This document shows, one piece after another, positions 28,380 to 38,083 of a stretch of 64,000 bases of DNA; within the stretch, counting starts at the first letter, position 1, and every line of letters begins with the position of its first letter. The stretch covers positions 6,333 through 70,332 of the forward strand of contig JABHXU010000016.1 of NCBI GenBank assembly GCA_018657065.1, read 5' to 3'. The notes beneath the pieces are model-generated. The model saw nothing but the letters and a program-made list of their open reading frames with translations, was not told where the DNA came from and ran no database searches. The translations under genes and the position numbers were made by a program. This stretch comes from an archaeon. GTDB taxonomy: Archaea; Nanobdellota; Nanobdellia; Woesearchaeales; GW2011-AR15.

Positions 28380-30073
28380 TTTTAGGTATATGGGATGGAC
28401 ATGAATCTAGTGCTTGTTTAGTTAATAAAGGAAAACTAATTGCTGCTGTTTCTGAGGAACGATTTACTCGAAGAAAACTTGAACCACTATTTCCTGTTAA
28501 TTCCATAAGATACTGTCTAAAAAGTCAAAATCTAAAACCTAATGAAATATATCATATTGCAATATCTACTTCTGACTGGTCTGTAACACTTTCTAGATCA
28601 TTATCTTGGTTAAAAAATGATTTTTGGTATAAAAGAAGAAGACATTTGACAAATAAACCAATAACTTGGGACCTTGATCTTCAAATATTAAATCAAACAG
28701 GTAAAATAAAATCAAACTCAATGTTTAGAAAAATCTCCAAATTTGCGATTAAAAAAATTCTATTAAACTTAGGTTTTAATATGAAAAAAACTAAAATACA
28801 TTTAGTAGATCATCATACTGCTCACGCTGCCTCAGCATATTTTACTTCTGGACTTAAAAAAGCCACTTGTGTAACTTTAGATGCTCTGGGTGACGGATAT
28901 TCTTCAACAATAAGTATTTGCGAAAATAATGAAATTAAAACAATTGCAAGAAATAAAACAAAAGATTCACTTGGACTCTTTTTTCAAGAAGTAACTTCAA
29001 TTATGGGTCTAAGAATTTTAGAAGATGAAGGAAAGGTTATGGCTCTTTCTGATTATGCATATGTTGATAACAAAAAAAATAATCCAATGCTTAATTATTT
29101 TACAGTTCATGGTACAAAGATAACTTCTAATTTTTCATTATTAAAAAGATATCAAATGCAAAAAAACCTACACTGGAGAAATAAGTCTGAAAACTTTGCT
29201 CATATGGCTCAAGATGCTCTTGAACATTTTACTACAAAACTTGTTGATAATTCAGTTAAAAAAACAGGAATAAAAGACGTTGTTTTAGCTGGAGGAATAG
29301 CTTCAAATATAAAGATGAATATGAAAATTAGAGACTTAAATAGTGTTAATAAATGTCATATTTTTCCTGCTATGGTAGATACTGGACTAAGTGCAGGTGC
29401 TGCACTTTATGTTTCAAATAAAATACTAGGAACAAAACCTTACCAATTAAAAAATGTATATCTAGGACCTGAATATTCAAATACTGAAATTAAAAAAACT
29501 CTTCAAAAATATAAAGATAAAATTAATTTTACAAAAGATAATGATTCGTCAAATCATGCTGGAGAACTTATTTCAAATAATAAAATAGTATTTAATCATC
29601 AAGGAAAAATGGAATTTGGTCCTAGAGCTCTAGGAAATCGAAGTATTCTTGCTTCAGCCTCAAGTATTGAAGTTAAAAATTTACTTAATACTAGAATTAA
29701 AAAAAGATCTTGGTTCCAACCTTTCTGTCCATCTTTGCTAGAAAAAGAAGCAACAAAATTTGTAAATGAAAAAGAATATAATAGATTCATGACAATGGGT
29801 TATATGCTAAAAAAAAGTTCTGTAGATCATGCTAGATCTACGATGAATGTTGATAAATCAATTAGACCTCAAATTCTCCACAATGAAAATCCAAGATATG
29901 AAAAATTAATTAAAAGAGTTAAAAAAGAAACTGGACAAGGAATTGTTTTAAACACAAGTTTCAATATTCATGGTGAACCTATTGTTAATTCTCCTAAAGA
30001 CGCGATCAATACAATGCTTAATTCAAAAGCTAAAAATATGTTTATTGGAGATTACTATGTTCAGCTAAAATGA
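28376..30073 (+). CDS. NodU/CmcH-family carbamoyltransferase
   Basis: The N-terminal ILGIWDGHESSACLVNKGKLIAAVSEERFTRRK matches Carbam_trans_N, and the C-terminal GPRALGNRSILA is the Carbam_trans_C signature. Confidence 0.85.
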   Translation: MILGIWDGHESSACLVNKGKLIAAVSEERFTRRKLEPLFPVNSIRYCLKSQNLKPNEIYHIAISTSDWSVTLSRSLSWLKNDFWYKRRRHLTNKPITWDLDLQILNQTGKIKSNSMFRKISKFAIKKILLNLGFNMKKTKIHLVDHHTAHAASAYFTSGLKKATCVTLDALGDGYSSTISICENNEIKTIARNKTKDSLGLFFQEVTSIMGLRILEDEGKVMALSDYAYVDNKKNNPMLNYFTVHGTKITSNFSLLKRYQMQKNLHWRNKSENFAHMAQDALEHFTTKLVDNSVKKTGIKDVVLAGGIASNIKMNMKIRDLNSVNKCHIFPAMVDTGLSAGAALYVSNKILGTKPYQLKNVYLGPEYSNTEIKKTLQKYKDKINFTKDNDSSNHAGELISNNKIVFNHQGKMEFGPRALGNRSILASASSIEVKNLLNTRIKKRSWFQPFCPSLLEKEATKFVNEKEYNRFMTMGYMLKKSSVDHARSTMNVDKSIRPQILHNENPRYEKLIKRVKKETGQGIVLNTSFNIHGEPIVNSPKDAINTMLNSKAKNMFIGDYYVQLK

Positions 30074-31815
30074 TTATAAGAATAATTCTAGGAATTATGT
30101 ACCTTTTCTTAACATTATATTTAGGATCATCTTTTTCAAAAAAATATTTTAAATTAAAAGGGCTCAAAAGTGTTGTTTCTGGTTTTATTTGTTTGAATTT
30201 TATTATTGCTTTTATTGCTTTTATGCTTGCGATTATATTTGGTTCAAACATCAATTTTCTCAATACTTTAATTTCTGTTCTAATAGTATTTTTGTCCATA
30301 CGTGAACTCCCCAAAATAAGATTTAAAAATATTCTAAAAGAAATTTTGAGAAATAAGATAATCTTAATATTTTCAATTCTAATTTTTGTTATTTATTTCT
30401 TTAATTTTTCAGGTCCTTTTTTAGGTTATTGGGACACATATATAGCAGCTCCTTCAATTACTATGGCAGGAACACAATTAAATTTTGTTGATATTAACAA
30501 TGAAACATTATATAATTATACACTTTTACAAAAAATACCTAATGATTTGATTAATAAAAAATCTTATGGAATAATTTCTAAAGATCAAAGAATAAGTAGT
30601 GGAATTTTAATGTCTGTTCCTTTTCTATTTTTTGGAATATTTGGATTTAGATTATTTTACTCTTTTTTTATTGTAAGTGGTTTTTTTATCTTATATTTCT
30701 TAGTAAAACTAATTACTAAGTCCAAAACAATTTCACTAATTGCATCTGCACTATGCTATATGAATGGATACATCTTCTCGATAAACACCTTAAATCCAAA
30801 TTTATTTGGAATGATTCTATTAACTTTGATAATCTACCTCTCTTTATTAAATGTTAAAAATTGGTTCATTATAGGTTTACTTTTTGGAATCCTAGGAAGC
30901 ATTAGAAATATTGCTATAATTTTTTCGTTTGGAATGTTTTTTTATTTAATTACAGAAGAAAAATCTATTAAAAAAATTACAATATTTACTCTAGCTACAA
31001 TATTAGGAATAATTCCAATTTTATATTGGAATAATTTTGCCTTTGGAAATATGTTCATGCACTCATCTCAATATTCTTTTTTTGAAGGTTATAGACCTGA
31101 ATTTTCTCATAACATTTTTAATCTAAAATTTATGTTTAATGGTCTCTTTAATTTTCCTTTAAATAATGAAATTATTAGAACTCCTCATTATACTTATCCA
31201 GTTTATATTTACCTATTTTTACTATTAAAAAAAACATTTGGATTATTTTTAGTATTTCCTATTTTAGGTTATTTTAATTTTTATAAAAAAAACAAAAGAA
31301 ACACTCTTTTTATTGGACTACTTTTTATTCCTCTTTTCTTATTACTCTCGTTTCAAGAAAATTGGGAAGTAGCTAAAACAAGTTTTATTTTACTTTGCTT
31401 CCCTCAAATCATAATTTTTTTATCAAAAGGTTTGGAAGAATTGAAAAAAAATTGGCTAAATCCAATATATCACACTAAACTCGGAATTTTAATTATTATA
31501 CTAGTTTTAATATCTACTTTTACAATATCTCAAAATTACGAACTAGACCAACGATGGTACGAAAGATTTCCTAAAGCCGCAGCAGATTCTTACAACAAAT
31601 ATGAAAACAAAATTGATTTAGATGAGTTTAAATTTTTTCAATCAAAAGAAACAATTAAAGAACTAAATTCTCAAAAAGAATTTCTTGATAAAACATATTT
31701 ACCTTTTTTAAAAATGCCATCAAAAAATAGAATTAATATTTCAAATGAATTAAAAAAAGAAAATATCAATGTATTTGTAATTTGGAAATACATTTATGTA
31801 GATATTAAAAACTAA
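30070..31815 (+). CDS. Polytopic membrane protein (about 12 TM), GT-C/ArnT-like, translationally coupled (ATGA) to the carbamoyltransferase
   Basis: 581 aa. The first large loop carries YWDTYIAAPSITMAGTQLNFVDINNE, a weak resemblance to GT-C first-loop acidic motifs. Confidence 0.45.
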   Translation: MIIRIILGIMYLFLTLYLGSSFSKKYFKLKGLKSVVSGFICLNFIIAFIAFMLAIIFGSNINFLNTLISVLIVFLSIRELPKIRFKNILKEILRNKIILIFSILIFVIYFFNFSGPFLGYWDTYIAAPSITMAGTQLNFVDINNETLYNYTLLQKIPNDLINKKSYGIISKDQRISSGILMSVPFLFFGIFGFRLFYSFFIVSGFFILYFLVKLITKSKTISLIASALCYMNGYIFSINTLNPNLFGMILLTLIIYLSLLNVKNWFIIGLLFGILGSIRNIAIIFSFGMFFYLITEEKSIKKITIFTLATILGIIPILYWNNFAFGNMFMHSSQYSFFEGYRPEFSHNIFNLKFMFNGLFNFPLNNEIIRTPHYTYPVYIYLFLLLKKTFGLFLVFPILGYFNFYKKNKRNTLFIGLLFIPLFLLLSFQENWEVAKTSFILLCFPQIIIFLSKGLEELKKNWLNPIYHTKLGILIIILVLISTFTISQNYELDQRWYERFPKAAADSYNKYENKIDLDEFKFFQSKETIKELNSQKEFLDKTYLPFLKMPSKNRINISNELKKENINVFVIWKYIYVDIKN

Positions 31816-31816
31816 A

Positions 31817-34573
31817 ATGAAAGCAAATAAATCAAATTTCAAACTAGATAACTTAAATCTAATTTTAAGTTTCTTATTTTTGATTGGTGGGATTTGTTTT
31901 ATAGTAATATTTTATAATAATATTTTTGACATTACACCTACAAAATACTCATGCAATTCACAATATTTTAATTCTAATAATCCAGATGAAATTTTTAATA
32001 TTAGTGAGTGTTATTTAAATAATAGTGAAATAAATCAGTCAATAGATGTTCTTAATAATGCAATTAAACACGGTGTAATTAACTTAGATATTTTTTTAAG
32101 TTTAGCAGGTCAATATTATGAACAAGTAGATTTTGATTCAGCAAAAAAAGTATATGAATATGCTAAAAAAGAATATCCTAATAGTCCTAGACTATATGAT
32201 AAAATTGGTAATTTACATAAAAGTTTAGGCTACAAAAATTCACTTGAATTTGAGAAAGCATTAGAAGCATATCAAAAAGCAATTAATTTAGAACCTAATA
32301 ATCCACAACATTATGAAAACTTAGGTATAGTTTATTCACAACTTAATGAACCTGAAAAAGCTAATTTTACATTCATTCAAGGAAAAGAAAAAAGTAGTTA
32401 TAACTACTCGTTTTATTTAGGTTGGAGTGAATATTATCGATCAATAGGGAATTATAAAAAATCTAATGAATATTTAAAAAAATTAGTTGATTCAAATCCA
32501 AATATTGCTCATTATAAAACTGAACTTGCAAGAAATTATCTTATTGAAGGAGAAATAGAACTGGCTAAAGAATATTATTCTAAAGCAATTGATAATGGTT
32601 GGTCACTTCCTACATATAATTGTCCTTATGAAGGACTAGGATTAATTTATTATATGGAAGGAAACCATGAAAAATCTGAAGAATATCTTAAAAAATCTAT
32701 AGCACTAAATCCAAAAGTTAGTGATTTAAATCGTCGTGCCTTAGCTAATCTATATGTTTCACAAAATAGAACTAATGAAGCAATATCAACTTTAAATTTA
32801 TTGATAAACTTAACTTATTTAGATTATGAAAAAAATAAAATTGAAAACTATATTAACCAATTAAAACAAGGAAAAAAACCTCACATTGATTTAGGACCTC
32901 TTGAAAAAGAAAATTTTGCGGATATAGCTCAAGAATCTAATAAAATGTTCTTTGAAGGTGAAAAAAAACTTAGAGATGGAGATTATGAACAAGCTGAAAA
33001 AAAGTATATTAACTCATTAGAATTAAATCAACTTCACGAATATAGTTCAATGCGATTATTATATTTATATTTTGCAATTTATGGTAATAAACAAAAAACA
33101 CTTAATTTATTTGAAGAATACTCTGCTACATTTAACTCTGACACAAAAAATACCTTTAAAAGTCTTATTTATCTTGATTCGAACAATATTTTAAAAGCCA
33201 AAAAACACTTAGATTTAATCTCAAATCACTCTGATTTGTCCTATTTACCATTAGGTGAATATTACTTAGAAACAGGTGAATATAAAAAAGCATATGATTG
33301 TTTTGAAAGGTCAATAGATCTCCGTCCTTTAGATGCTTTTGATTATTTTGAAATCTATAAAATAGATCGAATTTTGAGAGCAATAATCAAAGTAAAACAA
33401 TATGATTTAGCATATGATTTCATAGAAAAAATTAATTCACTTTCTGATAAATGGTTCTATCATAATAAAGCTATTGAATTAAAAATTCTCGAATCAAAAG
33501 GATATATTGCACTCAATAACAATAATTTTACTGAATCTGAAAATTATTTTAATGAATTAAAAGAAAAAAATCCTGTTATTGGATGTTCCTTTCAAGGACT
33601 AGGAGTATTATATTCTAAAACTCAAAAATACACAGAATCAACTATTAATTATATAAATGGAGCTGATCTAACACCTTATAGTTCAAGGGATCAATTTTTA
33701 GCAGCTTATTCTTGTTTTTTAACTGGAGATTATAATTGCGCAAATAAATATGTTGATAAAGCGATAAATCTCAATGATAATATTGAATATTTGGAATTAA
33801 AAGGATTTATCCTTATTATGGAAAATAAACCTCACGAAGCAAAAGTTATTTTTGATAAAATTCTAAGGGAGAAAGAATCAATAATCGCAAAATCAGGTTT
33901 AGGACATATTGCTTTAATTAACAAAAATTACACATTATCTAAACAAATATTTGAAGAATTACTAAATCAAAGTTTAAAAAACTCTTATGACAACATACAT
34001 ATTGATTATAATTATATGTATGAAACCGTGCCTTTAGGTTTAGCCTGGTCATATTCAAATCAAAACCAACATAAAGATGCTTTAGAATATTATGATATGA
34101 TTCTAAATAAAACTCCTGACCACCTTTTAGCTTTAATTAGCAAGGGAAATGCATTACTCTGGTTAGAAAGATATGATGAAGCTAAAAAAATATTTGATTA
34201 TATACTAAAATTGTATCCAAATAATGAATATGCACTAGCTGAACTAGGTTTATTAGAATATAATTTAGGAAATTTAACTGAAGCTCAAAATAAATTTAAT
34301 CAAGCTCTTGAACAAAACAGTGAAACATATACTTGTCCTTATGAAGGTTTAGGTCTTGTTTATTATAAACAAGGAAATTTAGATTTAGCAAAAGAAAATT
34401 TTGAAAAATCAATTGAAATAAATCCAGATATTGAATATAAAAAATTCAATTTGCTTGCAAAAATTTATATTGAAGAAGGAAGAAGGAAGGATGCTAAAAT
34501 TCTTTTACTAAAATCTATTGAAAACTATCCATATGATCCTGAAGCAAAACTGCTTTTAGAACAAATTAGCTAA
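31817..34573 (+). CDS. Membrane-anchored TPR-repeat protein (918 aa) with internal duplication
   Basis: An N-terminal TM helix is followed by more than 15 TPR-like repeats. The motif Y-x-C-P-Y-E-G-L-G-L-[IV]-Y occurs twice (near 32620 and 34330). Confidence 0.75.
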   Translation: MKANKSNFKLDNLNLILSFLFLIGGICFIVIFYNNIFDITPTKYSCNSQYFNSNNPDEIFNISECYLNNSEINQSIDVLNNAIKHGVINLDIFLSLAGQYYEQVDFDSAKKVYEYAKKEYPNSPRLYDKIGNLHKSLGYKNSLEFEKALEAYQKAINLEPNNPQHYENLGIVYSQLNEPEKANFTFIQGKEKSSYNYSFYLGWSEYYRSIGNYKKSNEYLKKLVDSNPNIAHYKTELARNYLIEGEIELAKEYYSKAIDNGWSLPTYNCPYEGLGLIYYMEGNHEKSEEYLKKSIALNPKVSDLNRRALANLYVSQNRTNEAISTLNLLINLTYLDYEKNKIENYINQLKQGKKPHIDLGPLEKENFADIAQESNKMFFEGEKKLRDGDYEQAEKKYINSLELNQLHEYSSMRLLYLYFAIYGNKQKTLNLFEEYSATFNSDTKNTFKSLIYLDSNNILKAKKHLDLISNHSDLSYLPLGEYYLETGEYKKAYDCFERSIDLRPLDAFDYFEIYKIDRILRAIIKVKQYDLAYDFIEKINSLSDKWFYHNKAIELKILESKGYIALNNNNFTESENYFNELKEKNPVIGCSFQGLGVLYSKTQKYTESTINYINGADLTPYSSRDQFLAAYSCFLTGDYNCANKYVDKAINLNDNIEYLELKGFILIMENKPHEAKVIFDKILREKESIIAKSGLGHIALINKNYTLSKQIFEELLNQSLKNSYDNIHIDYNYMYETVPLGLAWSYSNQNQHKDALEYYDMILNKTPDHLLALISKGNALLWLERYDEAKKIFDYILKLYPNNEYALAELGLLEYNLGNLTEAQNKFNQALEQNSETYTCPYEGLGLVYYKQGNLDLAKENFEKSIEINPDIEYKKFNLLAKIYIEEGRRKDAKILLLKSIENYPYDPEAKLLLEQIS

Positions 34574-34574
34574 A

Positions 34575-35684
34575 ATGAAAAAAAGAAAAAAAAACAAATT
34601 ATTGTTGATTGGAAGTTTAATTTTTTTAGGTCTATCAATCTTGCTATTTATATTTGGTTCATTAAATAATTTAGATGATAATGAACAAAATATTTCAATT
34701 TTAAAGAAATCTTCAATTGAATACTACAATTCAAAAAAATATTATGCTTTTGTTGAAACTAATAAAAAAATAGCTAGCTTAACACCTAATAATTCAAGTC
34801 ATCAATTTATTGCATCATATTCTTGTTTTATTATTGGAGATTATTTTTGTTCAATGGAATATGTAAATAATGCTCTTGAACTAAAAAATGATATTGCTTA
34901 TTTAGAACTCAAAGGGTTTATCTTAAACTTACAAGAAAAACCAGTTGAAGCAAAAGAAATATTTCAAGATATTTTAAAAGAAAGTAATTCAACTCTTGCA
35001 AAAATAGGTATTGGACATATTAAATTGCAAGAAAATAATTGTATACAGGCAAAGGAAATTTTTTTTGAATATAATTATCAAACAAATATAAAAACAGTAA
35101 TATTTGATAAGATTAATTCTGATTACCTTAGCCAGATGAACTCGCTTGGAATAGGTTGGTGTGATCTTGCAAATAATGACTTTGAAAATGCTCTTAAACA
35201 ATTTGATAAAATTCTTGACAATAATCCGGATCATTTACTTGGCATTATTAATAAAGCAAATACCTTAAGATGGTTAAAAAAATATAATGAAGCTAGAGAT
35301 ATTCTTTTAGATGGTCTAAAAATTTACCCAAATAGTGAATATATGTATGGTGAATTAGGTTTAATTGAACAAGAGTTAGGTAATTTAGACCAAGCAAAAA
35401 AATATTTTAATCAAGCACTTAGTAATAATAATAATACTTATTCTTGCCCTTATGAAGGACTAGGATTAATTTATTTTATGGAAGGAGATAATGAAAAAGC
35501 AAAGGAACATCTAGAAAAATCTATTGAAATAAAACAAAATTTAGATTTTGAAAAATATAATACTCTAGCTAAAATTTATATTAAAGAAGGAAAAATAACT
35601 GATGCTAAAATACTACTTTTAAAATCACTTGAAAATAATCCCGAGGGTATTGAAGCAAATGAATTATTAAAAAATATTTCTTAA
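34575..35684 (+). CDS. Membrane-anchored TPR-repeat protein (369 aa), paralogue of the C-terminal third of the upstream TPR protein
   Basis: It shares the blocks AYLELKGFIL, DNNPDHLLGIINKAN and YSCPYEGLGLIYFMEG...AKILLLKS with the 918-aa protein. Confidence 0.75.
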   Translation: MKKRKKNKLLLIGSLIFLGLSILLFIFGSLNNLDDNEQNISILKKSSIEYYNSKKYYAFVETNKKIASLTPNNSSHQFIASYSCFIIGDYFCSMEYVNNALELKNDIAYLELKGFILNLQEKPVEAKEIFQDILKESNSTLAKIGIGHIKLQENNCIQAKEIFFEYNYQTNIKTVIFDKINSDYLSQMNSLGIGWCDLANNDFENALKQFDKILDNNPDHLLGIINKANTLRWLKKYNEARDILLDGLKIYPNSEYMYGELGLIEQELGNLDQAKKYFNQALSNNNNTYSCPYEGLGLIYFMEGDNEKAKEHLEKSIEIKQNLDFEKYNTLAKIYIKEGKITDAKILLLKSLENNPEGIEANELLKNIS

Positions 35685-35879
35685 GAAGTTTTTAATTGTT
35701 TCTTCTTTAAATCATTAATTAAATCATTGCAATAAATTGTAAATGTTTTTGAAATTCTTTTATATTTTTTATTAAATAAACTTGCAAATATAATAAAAAT
35801 TTTAAACATTAATTGCATTGCTAAAATAAAAAACAGTTTTAGAAGAACTACAAACTTTGAATCTCTTTTTTTCTTATCT

Positions 35880-36665
35880 TTAATATTGCAGCATCCCATT
35901 TTTCTTAAGTAATTTATATGTTTTCAATATTTTATTTTTTTGATCATCAAATTTCAAATTATTATTCATTAAATGTAATTTAATTGTTTTATCAACAAAA
36001 TCAGATTTTCTTTTAAAAAATAACTTAATTTGCTTATCATCATGTTTAGGTTTTTCTCTGAATAAAATATTAGGTAAATAATATATCTCTCCAGCTAAAC
36101 ATTTAGGTTGAATTCCTAAGAATCTATCCATAATTTGCATATAACCCATATTAAATTTTAATTCTTTTAATTTCTTAATCTCTTCTTTTCTTTTTAAATT
36201 ATATACTGGTGTAACAAAAGAAATACCATATTTTTTGTAGAGTTTTCGAATTAATTTAACTGTTATTTCTTTTTGTTCAACCATTTCATTTGTATCCTTT
36301 GAAGATCCATCTGACATTAAAGCAATTCCATTTTCTAAACAATAAATTATACTATATGTATGCATTGCAAGTTTACATCCTAAACACCAAACAAAACCTG
36401 ATTTATGAGTTTTATATTCATTTAAAACATTGTTAATTGTAATTTTTTCAAATAAATCTTTTGAAGAAGATAATTTAAATTTAAATTTGCCTGGAAACAT
36501 ATCTTCTAACTCATTAAATCTGTTTTTTGTTCTGCCTTTGAATAAGTGACCGTATCCATTATTGTAAGTTAGTAAATGTATTTCATCATATTTTTTAGCT
36601 AAAAGATATGCTACCATTGTGGAATCAACCCCACCTGAAAACATTAATGCAATTTTTGATTTCAT
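35880..36665 (-). CDS. PP-loop superfamily ATP pyrophosphatase (QueC/ThiI/LarE/TtuA-like adenylating enzyme)
   Basis: The PP-loop SGGxDS sits in IALMFSGGVDSTMVAYLL. A central Cys cluster is WCLGCKLAMHTYSIIYC. Confidence 0.65.
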   Translation of the reverse strand: MKSKIALMFSGGVDSTMVAYLLAKKYDEIHLLTYNNGYGHLFKGRTKNRFNELEDMFPGKFKFKLSSSKDLFEKITINNVLNEYKTHKSGFVWCLGCKLAMHTYSIIYCLENGIALMSDGSSKDTNEMVEQKEITVKLIRKLYKKYGISFVTPVYNLKRKEEIKKLKELKFNMGYMQIMDRFLGIQPKCLAGEIYYLPNILFREKPKHDDKQIKLFFKRKSDFVDKTIKLHLMNNNLKFDDQKNKILKTYKLLKKNGMLQY

Positions 36666-36676
36666 TTTTATCTCAA

Positions 36677-38083
36677 TTAATTAAAAATAAGTTCTTTAAA
36701 TCCATTAAATACTGAGCGTAAAATCGGCTTATATGTTTTATGTTTAATTGTAAACCTTATTAGATTCATTAAATATTTTGGTCTTAAATAAAAAGATCTT
36801 TCTAAATCCTTTTTTAATTTCATAAGTTCTTTTTTTGATAAATTTTTATTTTCCATTGTAATATTTTTTAAAAAAATCATTTTTGACCAATTATCATCTA
36901 TTTTTAATTTATTTTTATTGGCATACATTTCCAAATCTGTGCCTGGATAAGGTGTTGCAAAAGAAACTTGTAAGAAATCTGGATCCAAATCAAGAACAAA
37001 TTTTTTTGTTTGTTTTATTGTTTCTTTTGTTTCAAGTGGCATATTTAAAATAATGAAACCTAATGTTGGTAAACCAACTTTCTTTGATAATCTAAATGCC
37101 TTTTTTATTTGATCTTTTTTTAATCCTTTTTTAGAAAAATCAAGTATTTTTTGTGATCCTGATTCTATTCCAAACTCAATTTTCATACATCCTGAATTTT
37201 TCATATGTTGAAGCATTTCTTCATTAACATTATCTACTCTTGTTAAACACATCCAAGTTATTTTTTTATTAAGAATTGAATTCATAATTTCGTCACAAAA
37301 CTCATGTACCCACTTAATATTAGTTGTAAAAGTATCATCTAAAAAAGAGAAATGTCTTGTTCCATATTTTTTATAACACTCAATCATTTCTTGAACAATA
37401 TTTTTTGAACTTCTTCTTCTAATAGTTCGTCCTGAAAAAAAAGGAACAGCACAATAATTACATTTAGCATAACAACCCCTCATAGCAATGATCGTTGTAA
37501 AATGATTTGAAACTACAGACCTATACTTTCTCATAGGTAACAAATGCCTCGCTGGAAATGGTAATAAATCTAAATCATTTATGTAGCCTTTATACTTGTT
37601 TAATTTAATTGATTTTTTTTGTCTATACGCTATCCCATTTATCTTTAAGAGAGATTTATTTTGAAGAATACTCTTAATTAAATCTGAAATTATTCCTTCA
37701 CCTTCAAATAACACAACAATATCAAAAAAATTAAACCTCTTTAAAGTGTCTTTAGGTAATGTACTGGCATGAACTCCACCAATTAAGATTTTTACTAAAG
37801 GTAATATTTTTTTTATTTCTTGAGCTAAATTATGAACTTGATTAATTGTTGGAGTAACTGCAGAAAGACCTATAATTCTAGGTTTAATTTTCTTAACATA
37901 AGTTAATATCTCATTTTTACTTAAACCTAAAGCATTTGCATCCAATATTTTTACTTTTACATTCTCTTTTTCTAAAACTGCTGCAAGGTATCCTAATCCC
38001 AGAGGAGGTCCTACTGTAATTTGAGAAATAGATTTAATTTTACTTTGAAAATTTAAATTTATAAATAATACCTCAGTTTTCAT
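36677..38083 (-). CDS. B12-binding-domain radical SAM enzyme
   Basis: The B12-binding N-domain (VKVKILDANALGLSK...IIGLSAVT) is followed by the rSAM motif MRGCYAKCNYCAVP. Its start overlaps the upstream rSAM gene by 11 nt. Confidence 0.8.
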   Translation of the reverse strand: MKTEVLFINLNFQSKIKSISQITVGPPLGLGYLAAVLEKENVKVKILDANALGLSKNEILTYVKKIKPRIIGLSAVTPTINQVHNLAQEIKKILPLVKILIGGVHASTLPKDTLKRFNFFDIVVLFEGEGIISDLIKSILQNKSLLKINGIAYRQKKSIKLNKYKGYINDLDLLPFPARHLLPMRKYRSVVSNHFTTIIAMRGCYAKCNYCAVPFFSGRTIRRRSSKNIVQEMIECYKKYGTRHFSFLDDTFTTNIKWVHEFCDEIMNSILNKKITWMCLTRVDNVNEEMLQHMKNSGCMKIEFGIESGSQKILDFSKKGLKKDQIKKAFRLSKKVGLPTLGFIILNMPLETKETIKQTKKFVLDLDPDFLQVSFATPYPGTDLEMYANKNKLKIDDNWSKMIFLKNITMENKNLSKKELMKLKKDLERSFYLRPKYLMNLIRFTIKHKTYKPILRSVFNGFKELIFN

